Source: Leptospirillia bacterium (GTDB taxonomy: Bacteria > Nitrospirota > JACRHL01). Taken from it: DNA of 64,000 bases. Positions within the stretch are counted from its first letter, which is position 1, and every line of letters begins with the position of its first letter. The notes below the pieces were generated by a model, which searched no databases, was not told where the DNA came from, and saw only the letters and a program-made list of their open reading frames with translations. Positions 17,806 through 27,172 of this stretch are shown piece after piece. Made by a program: the position numbers and the translations under genes. The stretch is taken from NCBI GenBank assembly GCA_046754085.1, contig JBHHVE010000012.1:3764-67763 (forward strand). The letters are read 5' to 3'.

Positions 17806-19512
17806 TTACGAGGCATCCGCGGCGAGCATCTCGCGGGCGTGGGCCACGGTGGTGTCGGTCAGGTCCCGGCCACCCAGCATGCGCGCCACCTCGGTCACCC
17901 GCGTATCCGCATCCAGCGGGGTGACGCGGGCATGGGTGCGTTCCCCGTCGGTCCATTTTTCCACCTGCAGGTGGCTGTCGGCCAGACTCGCAATCTGCGC
18001 CAGGTGGGTGACGCAAAATACCTGATGCCGCCGCCCCAGGGCCGCCAACATGCGTCCCACCTGCTCGGCCACCGAACCGCCAATACCCGCGTCCACCTCG
18101 TCGAACACCAGACACGGCACCGGATCAGCATCGATAAGGGTCATCTTGATCGCCAGCATGATGCGGGACATCTCGCCACCGGAGGCCACCTTGGCAAGTG
18201 GCTGCGCCCCCTCTCCCGGATTGGCGGCGAGCAGAAAACGTACCTGCTCCGCGCCGTCCGGCCCCAACAGTCGCTCTCCGGCGGGGATGCCGTCGGACAG
18301 GGGGATCAATTCCACGGTAAAGCGGGCGTGTGGCATGGCCAGCAGGGCCAGGCCGGACTCCACCGCCCGGGCCAGGGACGCCGCCCCCCGGGTGCGGGCG
18401 GCGGTCAGGCTCGCGGCCTGCCGGGTCAGATCGGCAAGCAGGGACTGCCTTTCCTGTTCCAGCCGCTCCAGGCGTTCCGCAACGTCACCCCCCTGCTCCA
18501 GTTCCTTTTGAAAAGCATTGTGGCTTTCGATCACCTCGTCCAGGGTCCGGCCGTATTTGCGCTTGAGGGATTCGAGCAACGCCAGACGGGCTTCCACCTC
18601 GGCCTGCCGCCCCGGATCGGCAAGGGCCTGATCCCGGAACCCGCGCACCTGTTCGGCCGCCTCCCCCAACAGCACTTCCGCCTCGGCCACCAGCTTGCCG
18701 ATCCCGGCCTGCCCGGCGCTCACCCCGGCGATCTCGGAAAGGTTGCCGGACACCGAGGAAAGCTTTGTTAGAATGGAAGGTTCGGAGCCATACAGGTCGT
18801 CATACACCTGCTCGCTCAACTCCCGCAGGCGCTCCGCGTGGGCCAACCGGGACAACTCGTCGGCAAGCTGGTCGTCCTCCCCCACCTCCGGAGCCGCGTT
18901 GCCAATTTCCTCCAGGGCAAAGCGCAATAACGCCGCCCGCGCCTCGGCCTCCTGACGGTCGTTCTCAATCCGGTGAATGTCGGCCATCACCTCCCCCAGA
19001 CGCTCGTACACCGCCCGGTAAGTGGAAAGGTCCAGGTTTTCGGCGGCGTCCAGCAGGCGGCCGTGGGTAGACTCGGACAGCAAAGAGCGCTGGGCGTGCT
19101 GGCCCAGGATATCCACCAGACGATCGCCCACCTCGGCGAGCAGTGAAAGCCCCACCCTCCGATCATTGACGTAGGCTGCGCTGTGGCCGTCGGCACCGAT
19201 CACCCGCCGCACCACCAACTCATCGGCGGGACCGTCACCGGCCTCGACCACCCCCGCCTCCCGCAAGGGTGCAAGGGTGTCGGACGATACGTTGCGAAAT
19301 ACCCCTTCCACCACCGCGCGATCGGCGCCCTCGCGGACCAGGCGGCTGCTTGCGCGTCCTCCCGCAAGCAGCCGCAGGGCATCAATAAGAAGTGACTTGC
19401 CCACCCCGGTTTCACCGGTCAGGGCGACAAAACCAGAGGTAACGGAAAGCCGTACCGCGCCAATGACAGCAAGGTTTTCCACCGCCATTTCCGCCAGGCA
19501 GGTTTTGTTCAT
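17806..19512 (-). CDS. recN: DNA repair protein RecN
   Basis: SMC-like ABC ATPase: Walker A LTGETGVGKS, coiled-coil middle, signature/Walker B/D-loop near the C-terminus (LVFDEVDAGIGG). Start set at the internal ATG (19512), which has a GGAGG 8 nt upstream. Confidence 0.9.
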   Translation of the reverse strand: MNKTCLAEMAVENLAVIGAVRLSVTSGFVALTGETGVGKSLLIDALRLLAGGRASSRLVREGADRAVVEGVFRNVSSDTLAPLREAGVVEAGDGPADELVVRRVIGADGHSAAYVNDRRVGLSLLAEVGDRLVDILGQHAQRSLLSESTHGRLLDAAENLDLSTYRAVYERLGEVMADIHRIENDRQEAEARAALLRFALEEIGNAAPEVGEDDQLADELSRLAHAERLRELSEQVYDDLYGSEPSILTKLSSVSGNLSEIAGVSAGQAGIGKLVAEAEVLLGEAAEQVRGFRDQALADPGRQAEVEARLALLESLKRKYGRTLDEVIESHNAFQKELEQGGDVAERLERLEQERQSLLADLTRQAASLTAARTRGAASLARAVESGLALLAMPHARFTVELIPLSDGIPAGERLLGPDGAEQVRFLLAANPGEGAQPLAKVASGGEMSRIMLAIKMTLIDADPVPCLVFDEVDAGIGGSVAEQVGRMLAALGRRHQVFCVTHLAQIASLADSHLQVEKWTDGERTHARVTPLDADTRVTEVARMLGGRDLTDTTVAHAREMLAADAS

Positions 19513-19582
19513 CCCCATGACCTCCTCTGCGCCCCCATGCGTCCACCCACGCCGGAATCTATCAAACGGTGTCGGCAATAAC

Positions 19583-19622
19583 AAAACGGGGCGCCCCACC
19601 CGAAGGTGGAACGCCCCGCTTG
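19583..19622 (-). terminator. Rho-independent terminator downstream of trxA (minus strand)
   Basis: Minus-strand GCGGGGCGTTCCACC-TTCG-GGTGGGGCGCCCCG long GC stem followed by TTTTGTTATTG. Confidence 0.5.
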
Positions 19623-19643
19623 ATCAGGAAATCATGCCTCCCG

Positions 19644-19967
19644 TCAGTCCAGGTAGGCTTCGATCTTCTCTTTGAGTTGCTGGCTCGAGGCGGCGCCGAC
19701 AATCTTGTCCACCGGCTCGCCGTTCTTGATGAACAGCAGGGTGGGGATACCCATCACCTGATAGCGGGTGGCCACATCCTGGTTCTCATCGGTATTGAGC
19801 TTCACCACCTTGCAGCGGCCGTTGTACTCGTCCGCCAGTGCCTCAACGGTGGGCGCAATCATCTTGCACGGGCCGCACCATGGCGCCCAAAAATCAATCA
19901 TTACGAGGGTATCGGACTTCAGAACCTCCTGCTCAAAGTTGGCTGAGGTCACTGCAACTGCACCCAT
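19644..19967 (-). CDS. trxA: Thioredoxin
   Basis: 107 aa with FWAPWCGPCKMIAP active site. Confidence 0.92.
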   Translation of the reverse strand: MGAVAVTSANFEQEVLKSDTLVMIDFWAPWCGPCKMIAPTVEALADEYNGRCKVVKLNTDENQDVATRYQVMGIPTLLFIKNGEPVDKIVGAASSQQLKEKIEAYLD

Positions 19968-20133
19968 ATGGATCTCTCCTCGCTGGCTGTTCCGGGCGGC
20001 TGAAACCGGGCGGGCCGCATCCGGCTAATATCGGAGCTCTACCCCCCAGCATCGCACCCGGGTGAATAACGTCCGGTGCAGCATTTTAAGCCGCCCACCG
20101 ATGGGCGTCAATTGCTAACCCACCAGACGCCGC

Positions 20134-20322
20134 CTATCTCACCGCATACAACAGGCCAAGCCCTATGCACATGGCGGAAAACCCAAAAAACCGCAGGGCC
20201 CGGTCGGAAATCGAATCAATACGGGACAACAACTGCCGATAGCGCCCCGGAGAAAGGAACAGCGGCACCCCCTCGACCATCAGCACGAAGCCGACCCCCA
20301 ATACCAGATCCGACCACTGCAC
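20134..20322 (-). CDS. DUF2065-family small membrane protein
   Basis: About 62 aa from the GTG at 20322, which has a purine-rich SD 6 nt upstream: QWSDLVLGVGFVLMVEGVPLFLSPGRYRQLLSRIDSISDRALRFFGFSAMCIGLGLLYAVR. This is the conserved DUF2065 pattern (two TM helices, ...EG..PF..P...R). The track's TTG at 20346 is possible but less likely. Confidence 0.55.
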   Translation of the reverse strand: MQWSDLVLGVGFVLMVEGVPLFLSPGRYRQLLSRIDSISDRALRFFGFSAMCIGLGLLYAVR

Positions 20323-20509
20323 CCCGATTCCCCCTCGTCTGTCCAACCGACCAAATTGACATCCATCCCAAGGATTGTTTACAGTTCAAAAGGCCTTGTG
20401 GTCAAGGGATGTGCATAGCCTCCCTGGCTCGGATGGGACCATCATTCAGTGTGGGCGGCGATTTATAACCTGGCCGCTGTGAAGTTCGGATTTACAAAGG
20501 AGTTTGGGT

Positions 20510-20623
20510 ATGGCTGCATTAACACAGGCTGAGAAAGACAAGATTTGCCTGATCATCATCGCCATTGGCGTTGTGATCTCCATCTTTTCCTTTCTTCCGG
20601 GCGGGGGCATCTGGGCCCGCTAA
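20510..20623 (+). CDS. Candidate small hydrophobic protein (37 aa), unknown function
   Basis: ATG preceded by AAGGAG with a 7-nt spacer. MAALTQAEKDKICLIIIAIGVVISIFSFLPGGGIWAR has a single predicted TM helix. Followed by a strong intrinsic terminator. Not in the ORF track (below its length cutoff). Confidence 0.4.
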   Translation: MAALTQAEKDKICLIIIAIGVVISIFSFLPGGGIWAR

Positions 20624-20647
20624 CCGTTCCGCAGGATTGCTTTTAAA

Positions 20648-20686
20648 AGAGGTGGCGCCGTCGTGACGGCCCCACCTCTTTTTTTC
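20648..20686 (+). terminator. Rho-independent terminator after the small ORF
   Basis: AGAGGTGGCGCCGTC-GTGA-CGGCCCCACCTCT followed by TTTTTTT. Confidence 0.6.
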
Positions 20687-20725
20687 TTCTCCCGCTTTTT
20701 GTGCTCCTTACGATTTCCGGACCCC

Positions 20726-21697
20726 ATGCGCTCAATGCCGTCCAGTCAGCTTATCGTCCTCCCTGTCACCCTGCTTCTGACCTGCATTCTGTCACTTTCG
20801 ATACCCGCACAGGCGGTGGTGATCGACCGGGTGGCCGCCGTGGTGGGTAACGAAGCCATCACCCTTTCGGAACTTACGGAAAACTGGGCGCGCCAGCAAA
20901 ATGCCCCGACAGATCCCGCATCGCCGACATCCCGCGAGGCGCTTCTCGGACGCATGATCGACCTCAAACTCCAGGTGCAGCGGGCGCGGGAACTCGGCAT
21001 TGCAGCGGCGTCCGGCGAGGTCGAGCGGGCCATCGCCGGTGTCATGGAGGACAAACACCTGCCATCCCTGGCGGCGCTGGAGGCGGCCCTTGCCGAAGAG
21101 GGCAGGAGCCTTGAGGATTTCCGGCGCGAGGTGCGGGACCAAATCACCCTCGGTCGCGTGGTGCAGCGGGAGGTATACGCCGCCATCCGGGTCACCGATG
21201 CGGACATCAGCAACTATTACGCCACCCACCCGGAGGCGTTCACCCAACCGGGACGGGTGCAACTGCGGCAGATCCATGTGGGTTCCCAGGGGTTGCCGGA
21301 GGCGGACCGGGCGCTGGCGGAGCGCACCGTACGCGTCCTGGCGGAGGAGGTGACGGGAGCCGAGGCGTTCGCGCGCGCCGAGGCCGCACTTTCCGGAAGC
21401 CCCGCTATCTCGGTGGGAGATGCCGGCACCCTTGATGTCGGGCAACTCCGTGCCGAACTGGCGGAAGCGATCACCGCGACGCCGGAAGGCGGCGTGACAC
21501 CGCCCGTGACCCTGCCCACCGGTACCGCCATATTCCTGATTGAAAAGAAGTTTCCGGCGGCGCCCCAGTCACTGGCGGAGGTCTATGAAACCGCCCGCAC
21601 GCTTGCCACTGAAACACAGGTGACCGCACGCCTTGCACAGTGGATGGCCGAACTGAAACAGGCCACCCGGATCGAAATCCTCATCGCGGATCAATAA
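20726..21697 (+). CDS. SurA N-terminal-domain periplasmic chaperone / parvulin-like PPIase family protein
   Basis: Signal peptide MRSMPSSQLIVLPVTLLLTCILSLSIPAQA. Mature N-terminus VVIDRVAAVVGNEAITLSELTE is the SurA_N signature, followed by a single PPIC-like region. The track's GTG at 20663 lies inside the upstream terminator and is rejected. Confidence 0.7.
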   Translation: MRSMPSSQLIVLPVTLLLTCILSLSIPAQAVVIDRVAAVVGNEAITLSELTENWARQQNAPTDPASPTSREALLGRMIDLKLQVQRARELGIAAASGEVERAIAGVMEDKHLPSLAALEAALAEEGRSLEDFRREVRDQITLGRVVQREVYAAIRVTDADISNYYATHPEAFTQPGRVQLRQIHVGSQGLPEADRALAERTVRVLAEEVTGAEAFARAEAALSGSPAISVGDAGTLDVGQLRAELAEAITATPEGGVTPPVTLPTGTAIFLIEKKFPAAPQSLAEVYETARTLATETQVTARLAQWMAELKQATRIEILIADQ

Positions 21698-21729
21698 CCC
21701 GGAGGGCCCCCTCACGATCCGGCCGGGCG

Positions 21730-23265
21730 CTACCTTTTGGCGCCGACCTCCTGAATCTGATAGTCCTCCAGGTGGAGGTTACGGTCCCGCTTGATGGTCA
21801 GCTTCTTGCGCACCTCCTCCTCGACCGCCGCCAGGTTGCCCCGCTCCTCGCCGGTGAGCATGTCCGCCACCGCCGGATGCACCACCAGCCGGAGTTGCTT
21901 GGCGGAAAGGTTCACGCTCGAGCGGCGGATCTCCCGGTACATCTCGTAGACCACCGTGGTGGGACTCTTGGTAAAGCCCTTGCCGTCGCAGTAACGGCAC
22001 GGCTCACAATGCACCTGCTGGAGGTTTTCGCGCTTGCGCTGGCGGGACATTTCCACCAGTCCCAACTCGCTCATGCGATACAGGTTGATCTTGGCTTTGT
22101 CACCCGCCACCGCCTGCTGCAGAGCCTGAAACACCTTTTCCCGGTTAGCGGCCTCGTCCATATCGATCAGATCGATAATGATGATGCCGCCGATGTTGCG
22201 GAACTGAAGCTGGTGGGCAACCTCCTTGACCGCCTCCATGTTGGTTTTGGTGATGGTGTCTTCAAGGCTGCCGGTCTTGCCCACGTAACGGCCGGTGTTG
22301 ACGTCGATCACCGTCAGCGCCTCGGTGGTGTCGATGATGATGTAGCCACCGCTCTTGAGCCACACCCGGCGGCCGATGCCGCGAGCAATCTCCGCTTCGA
22401 TGTTGAAGAACTCGAACAGAGGGTCCTCCCCCTCGTACAGAAACACCCGATCGGCCACGCTCGGCAGGTAGGTCTCGGCAAACTCCATGACCCGCTCGTA
22501 GTAGGCCTTCGAGTCAACGATCAACCGGTCCACGTCCGGGGTGAACATATCCCGCACCGCTCGAAAGGGGAGGTCCAGGTCCTGGTGCAACAGGGCGGGG
22601 GCCTTGAGCACCTGCCATTTTTTCAGGATGTTGGCCCACAACAATTCCAGAAACGCCATGTCGCTGGCGAATTCCTCCTCCAGCACCCCGGAACTGACGG
22701 TGCGGACGATGTAACCGCCGTTGGTGGTGGAGAGGGTCTCGATGATATTCCGCAGGCGCTTTCGCTCCCGGTCCGAGCTGATCCGACGGGAAATGCCCAC
22801 GTGCCGGACCGCCGGCATGAACACCAGATAACGCCCGGGCATGGATACGTACATGGTGATGCGCGGACCCTTGGTGGAGATCGGCTCCTTGGAGACCTGC
22901 ACGATCACTTCGTCGCCCGCTTTCAGCACCGTCTCGATCGGCTTGAAACTGCGCCGTGCGCGTCGTGCGCCGCGCTGGTTCGGGCGTTCCGAAGTTTCGT
23001 CCAGATCGTCGGTCATCAACTCTTCGAAACGGCGCTCCGGATCGAGCACGTCGCCGGCGTAGAGAAAGGCCGATTTTTCCAGGCCGATATCGACGAAGGC
23101 CGCCTGCATACCGGGCAACACCCGAACCACCTTGCCTTTGTAGACATTACCGACGATACCCCGGTCCTTGGCCCGCTCGGTAAAGATCTGCTGAACCTGA
23201 TTGCCCTCCATGAGGGCCACCCGGGTCTCCTCCCGGGTAATACTCGCTACGATTTCTGTAGACAC
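21730..23265 (-). CDS. rng: Ribonuclease G (RNase E/G family)
   Basis: 511 aa: S1 domain (GNVYKGKVVRVLPGMQAAFVDIG), DNase-I-like and Zn-link regions (CEPCRYCDGKGF). No long C-terminal scaffold, so it is RNase G rather than RNase E. Confidence 0.85.
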   Translation of the reverse strand: MSTEIVASITREETRVALMEGNQVQQIFTERAKDRGIVGNVYKGKVVRVLPGMQAAFVDIGLEKSAFLYAGDVLDPERRFEELMTDDLDETSERPNQRGARRARRSFKPIETVLKAGDEVIVQVSKEPISTKGPRITMYVSMPGRYLVFMPAVRHVGISRRISSDRERKRLRNIIETLSTTNGGYIVRTVSSGVLEEEFASDMAFLELLWANILKKWQVLKAPALLHQDLDLPFRAVRDMFTPDVDRLIVDSKAYYERVMEFAETYLPSVADRVFLYEGEDPLFEFFNIEAEIARGIGRRVWLKSGGYIIIDTTEALTVIDVNTGRYVGKTGSLEDTITKTNMEAVKEVAHQLQFRNIGGIIIIDLIDMDEAANREKVFQALQQAVAGDKAKINLYRMSELGLVEMSRQRKRENLQQVHCEPCRYCDGKGFTKSPTTVVYEMYREIRRSSVNLSAKQLRLVVHPAVADMLTGEERGNLAAVEEEVRKKLTIKRDRNLHLEDYQIQEVGAKR

Positions 23266-26021
23266 GTTTCAATACACTCGTCTTGTGAGGGCTGGTACGG
23301 AGCGGCACGATCCACATCCCAAAGCGGAAAAAAACCGTCCTTCTCCTTACGGAGCAGGGCGACCCGCCGGATATGGGGGCGGGGTTCGGGTGGCAGGTTC
23401 AGCGCATGCGCCAGCACCTCCGCCATCCGAGCCGTACGGGACCCGTTGGATACCAAAAAAACTTCCAAAACATCGTCGTGGAATCCCATGTGACCGATCA
23501 GAGGCCGGATATCGGTCTGTTTCGGGCGTCCCTTCTTGTCGATACGCTCAACCGGGATTACTTCACGGGACAGGGCTTCCGTCACCCGCAGGGCCAGATC
23601 GGCCGGTGGACCCTGGGACCAGCGTACCTCGTAGGCATAGGCCAAGTCATCCAGGTCGAGGCCCCGGTGCCCGGCAGGCAGGGCCACCGCCTGCACCACA
23701 ATCACATCCTCGGGCAGGGCTTCATTCATCCGGGCGCGCAGCAGGTCCACATCGACCGGCTCGGCCAGCGTCAGATCCATGGCCTCGTCCACCGCCTCCG
23801 CGCCCAGGGACAGGGCCGGGCCGAAGGCGACCTTCGGACGCGGGCGCTTGCCCTCGGTAAAGACCACCGGGTTCCCGGTACGGCGCAGCGCGCGGGTGAG
23901 CAGCCCGATGATCTCAAGATGGGATAAAAACGCGCATTCTCCCAGCTTGGCCCACCGCAACCGGTAGCTGAACCGCCCGCTGGGCCGGGCCACGGCATCC
24001 GCTGCGTCGTCGGTTGCCACCGGGGCGATTTCCGGCACCAGCGGGTGTGCGACCGTGTCCTCGGACAGGGACAGGTCAAACTCGGCGGCACGCCCGCCCT
24101 CGGGAACGTACACCCGGGGCACCACCAGCCGGTCGGAGGTATCGGTGGTACAGACGCCACAATCCCCGCACAGGCCGTAACGGCAGTCCTTGATGATTCG
24201 CTCCCGATAGGCGCGGGCCAGGTCCTCGGCAAAGTATGCCTTGCTGGTGCCGCAATCGATCATGTCCCACGGCAGCACCTCGTCCACCGGGATGTCCCGA
24301 TGGGCGTAAAACGCCACATCCACGGAGGTTTCGGCAAACACCTCGGCCCAGGCTTCGGGGTCGCACATCTCATTCCAGGCGTCCATGCGGATGCCCTTCC
24401 GAAAAGCCAGTTCCACCGCGTCCGAAAGCCGCCGGTCGCCTCGGGAGAACACCGCCTCCAACTGGGACACGCGCTCGTCCACCCAGGTGAAACGGGCACC
24501 CTTCACCCGATGCAGAGCGTCTTTCAGATAGCGTCTGCGACGGTCGAGGTCCGCCAGCGGCATCTGCCCCACCCACTGGAACGGGGTCATCGGCTTTGGC
24601 ACGTAATTGGAGGTGCTGATCTTGATGTCCCGCAGGCGCCCCCCCAGTTTGCGGCCCACCGCGAGGCTCTCGGTCGCCAGCCGGACGATGTCGTCCAGGT
24701 CCTCCCGCTCCTCGGTGGGCAGGCCATACATGAAGTAGAACTTGATCTCCGGCCAGCCCTCGGAAAAGACGTTTTTCACCGCCGCCAGCAGATCCTGCTC
24801 CGAGATCGGCTTGTTGATGACCCGCCTGAGCCGTTCGCTGCCCGCTTCCGGCGCCATGGTAAAGCCGGTCTTGGTTACCCGCTTTATCTGCCGGACCACC
24901 GCGGGTGTCAGGGTGCCGATGCGAAGGGACGGCAGCGAAAACGCAATTTTTCTGTCTTCGGTGCCGTCCACCAGATCTTTTAACAGACCGTACAGGCAGA
25001 GGTAGTCGCCGGTGGACAGGGAGGCCAGCGTGACCTCGTCGAAACCGGTGTTGTCGAGGGAGTCCCGCACCAGCTTCCTGACCCGTTCCGGCGAGCGCTC
25101 GCGTACCGGACGGTAGGTAAAGCCCGCCTGACAAAAACGGCAGCCGTGGGTGCAGCCCCGGGTGACCTCGACACTGGCCCGGTCGAAGATGGCGCGACCG
25201 ATGGGCAGAATCGGATCGGAGGGGTAGAACACCGCATCCAGATCCGCCACCACCCGGCGGGTCACCCGCTCAGGCGCCGGGGCCTGCGCCACAATCTCTT
25301 TTACCCGTCCGTCCGCATGGTGCGTCACCTCGTACAGGGCGGGCACGTAAACGCCGGGAATGCGGCACAGGGCGTGAAGCTGTTCGGTGCGGCTTGCACC
25401 CGCCAGCCTGGCAGCCTTGACCGCGTCCAGCACCTCGAGGATCACCTCCTCCCCGTCCCCCACTACAAAGGCGTCGAAAAACGCCGCCATCGGCTCCGGG
25501 TTGTAGACCGCGGTACCACCGCCAATCACCAGCGGGTGTGTCTCGTCCCGCGCTTCCGCACGCAGGGGGAGGCCCGCCAAATCCAGAATGGTGAGTACGT
25601 TGGTAAAGGTCAGTTCGTAGGGCAGGGCGATGCCGAGTATGTCGAAATCCCGAACCGGTCGCTTGCTCTCCAGGGTGCAGAGCGGCATGTTTCGGGATTT
25701 GAGCGCCTTTTCATAGTCGGGCCACGGCGCGTACACCCGCTCCGCCAGGGCGTCGTCCCGGGCGTTGATGATGCGGTAGAGAATCTGCAGCCCCATATTG
25801 GAAATGCCGATTTCGTAGGCGTCCGGAAACGCCAGCACCATGCGAACGGCAGCCGCGTCCCACGGCTTTTTCACCGCGTTGACCTCGGCGCCGATATAGC
25901 GGGACGGGCGCTCCACTGAAGACAACACCTCAAGGGTGCTGAAATCGGAAGCGGACGGGGGCGTCCGAAGGCGCGCGCCGTCTCCCACCGGCGGGGGGCC
26001 TGTATGTTCACATCCTGTCAT
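23247..26021 (-). CDS. Fused B12-binding-domain radical SAM protein (TIGR03960-like) + radical-SAM-linked DUF2344 (TIGR03936-like) protein
   Basis: N-terminus ...SRYIGAEVNAVKK; B12-binding-like region; radical SAM cluster motif CTHGCRFC. C-terminal about 230 aa (RFSYRLRWAKLGECAFLSHLEIIGLLTRALRR...) match the DUF2344 module normally encoded as a separate adjacent gene. Start chosen at the internal ATG (26021); the track's start at 26345 adds an implausible Gly/Pro-rich 108 aa. Confidence 0.8.
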   Translation of the reverse strand: MTGCEHTGPPPVGDGARLRTPPSASDFSTLEVLSSVERPSRYIGAEVNAVKKPWDAAAVRMVLAFPDAYEIGISNMGLQILYRIINARDDALAERVYAPWPDYEKALKSRNMPLCTLESKRPVRDFDILGIALPYELTFTNVLTILDLAGLPLRAEARDETHPLVIGGGTAVYNPEPMAAFFDAFVVGDGEEVILEVLDAVKAARLAGASRTEQLHALCRIPGVYVPALYEVTHHADGRVKEIVAQAPAPERVTRRVVADLDAVFYPSDPILPIGRAIFDRASVEVTRGCTHGCRFCQAGFTYRPVRERSPERVRKLVRDSLDNTGFDEVTLASLSTGDYLCLYGLLKDLVDGTEDRKIAFSLPSLRIGTLTPAVVRQIKRVTKTGFTMAPEAGSERLRRVINKPISEQDLLAAVKNVFSEGWPEIKFYFMYGLPTEEREDLDDIVRLATESLAVGRKLGGRLRDIKISTSNYVPKPMTPFQWVGQMPLADLDRRRRYLKDALHRVKGARFTWVDERVSQLEAVFSRGDRRLSDAVELAFRKGIRMDAWNEMCDPEAWAEVFAETSVDVAFYAHRDIPVDEVLPWDMIDCGTSKAYFAEDLARAYRERIIKDCRYGLCGDCGVCTTDTSDRLVVPRVYVPEGGRAAEFDLSLSEDTVAHPLVPEIAPVATDDAADAVARPSGRFSYRLRWAKLGECAFLSHLEIIGLLTRALRRTGNPVVFTEGKRPRPKVAFGPALSLGAEAVDEAMDLTLAEPVDVDLLRARMNEALPEDVIVVQAVALPAGHRGLDLDDLAYAYEVRWSQGPPADLALRVTEALSREVIPVERIDKKGRPKQTDIRPLIGHMGFHDDVLEVFLVSNGSRTARMAEVLAHALNLPPEPRPHIRRVALLRKEKDGFFPLWDVDRAAPYQPSQDECIETCLQKS

Positions 26022-26047
26022 GTTCCGGTTTCCAGACCCCGCTTCGT

Positions 26048-27172
26048 TTAGCGGTACAGGCTCAGGTGGCGCTGGAGGTGGACGTTCGCCAGAATACCCA
26101 GGGCCGCCATGGTTGTTACCAGAGATGTGCCGCCGTAACTCACAAGGGGTAGCGGCACCCCCACCACCGGGGCCACACCCAGGGTCATCCCCAGGTTGAT
26201 AAACAGGTGAAAACTTATCATGCAAACCACCCCGGCGGCAACGAGAACCCCCGCCAGGTCCCGAGCTTTTAAGGCAATGTCCATGCCCCGGGCGATCAGC
26301 CCGATGAACAGGGCCAGGAGCACCAATACCCCCAAAAAGCCCCACTGCTCCGCATATACCGAGAATATGAAGTCGGTGTGCCCCTCGGGCAGGAACTTGA
26401 GCTGGCTCTGGCTGCCCTGCAGAAACCCCTGCCCGGTCAGGCCGCCGGCACCAATGGCGATCTTTGACTGCATGACGTGATAGCCGGAGCCAAAGGGATC
26501 GGCGCCGGGGTTAAAAAAGGTCAGCAACCGGTTTCTCTGGTAGGCCTTGAGGGAGTGCCAGAAAAACTCCCATAAAAACGGCAGGGCCATGCCCGCCAAC
26601 AGCAGGCCGATCCATAAAGACCGGCGATACACCCCGGCGAGCAACACCAGCATGGCGAATATAAACAAAATCAAGAGGGCCGAACCCAGATCCGGCTGAC
26701 GCAAAATCAACAGGCACGGCACCATAACGAGGGCGAGCGGCAGGAGCAGTTCACGGAAGCTGAACCCCTCCGGGCTGATGCGTTCCGAGAAGTAACGCGC
26801 CAACAGCAGCACCACGGACAGACGGGCAAGCTCCGACGGCTGCACCGAAAGCCCCCCCACATCCACCCAGCGCTGGGCACCCATACCCTCCCGGCCAAGC
26901 TGGGCCACCACCACCAAAAGCCCTACCGTCAAACCGTAGAAATAATAGGAGTAGCCCAAAAGCCGGCTGTAGTCGAAAGCGGCGAAAAACAGGAATACGC
27001 ACAGTCCCAGCCCGGCCCACGCACACTGTTTGACGTAAAGCGGCGCCCCGCCACGGGACCACTGGGGGGTGACAGAGTAAATGGTGGTCACGCCGATCAC
27101 CAGAATGGCGACGATGAAGCCCACCAGCCGCCAGTCCATGTGGGCGAATACCCGGCGATCAATCGCGATCAT
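26048..27172 (-). CDS. rodA: Peptidoglycan glycosyltransferase RodA (SEDS family)
   Basis: 374 aa, 10-TM FtsW/RodA/SpoVE family; its start overlaps the mrdA stop. Confidence 0.9.
   Translation of the reverse strand: MIAIDRRVFAHMDWRLVGFIVAILVIGVTTIYSVTPQWSRGGAPLYVKQCAWAGLGLCVFLFFAAFDYSRLLGYSYYFYGLTVGLLVVVAQLGREGMGAQRWVDVGGLSVQPSELARLSVVLLLARYFSERISPEGFSFRELLLPLALVMVPCLLILRQPDLGSALLILFIFAMLVLLAGVYRRSLWIGLLLAGMALPFLWEFFWHSLKAYQRNRLLTFFNPGADPFGSGYHVMQSKIAIGAGGLTGQGFLQGSQSQLKFLPEGHTDFIFSVYAEQWGFLGVLVLLALFIGLIARGMDIALKARDLAGVLVAAGVVCMISFHLFINLGMTLGVAPVVGVPLPLVSYGGTSLVTTMAALGILANVHLQRHLSLYR

Noticed and set aside
19513-19643. LexA (SOS) box upstream of recN
   Set aside because: No CTGT-N8-ACAG or other recognisable LexA palindrome was found by eye; the region mainly holds the trxA terminator.
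26022-26345. Track start for the radical SAM gene, 108 aa further upstream
   Set aside because: The extension is Gly/Pro-rich with no homology. The conserved family N-terminus (…SRYIGAEVNAVKK) begins right after the internal ATG at 26021.
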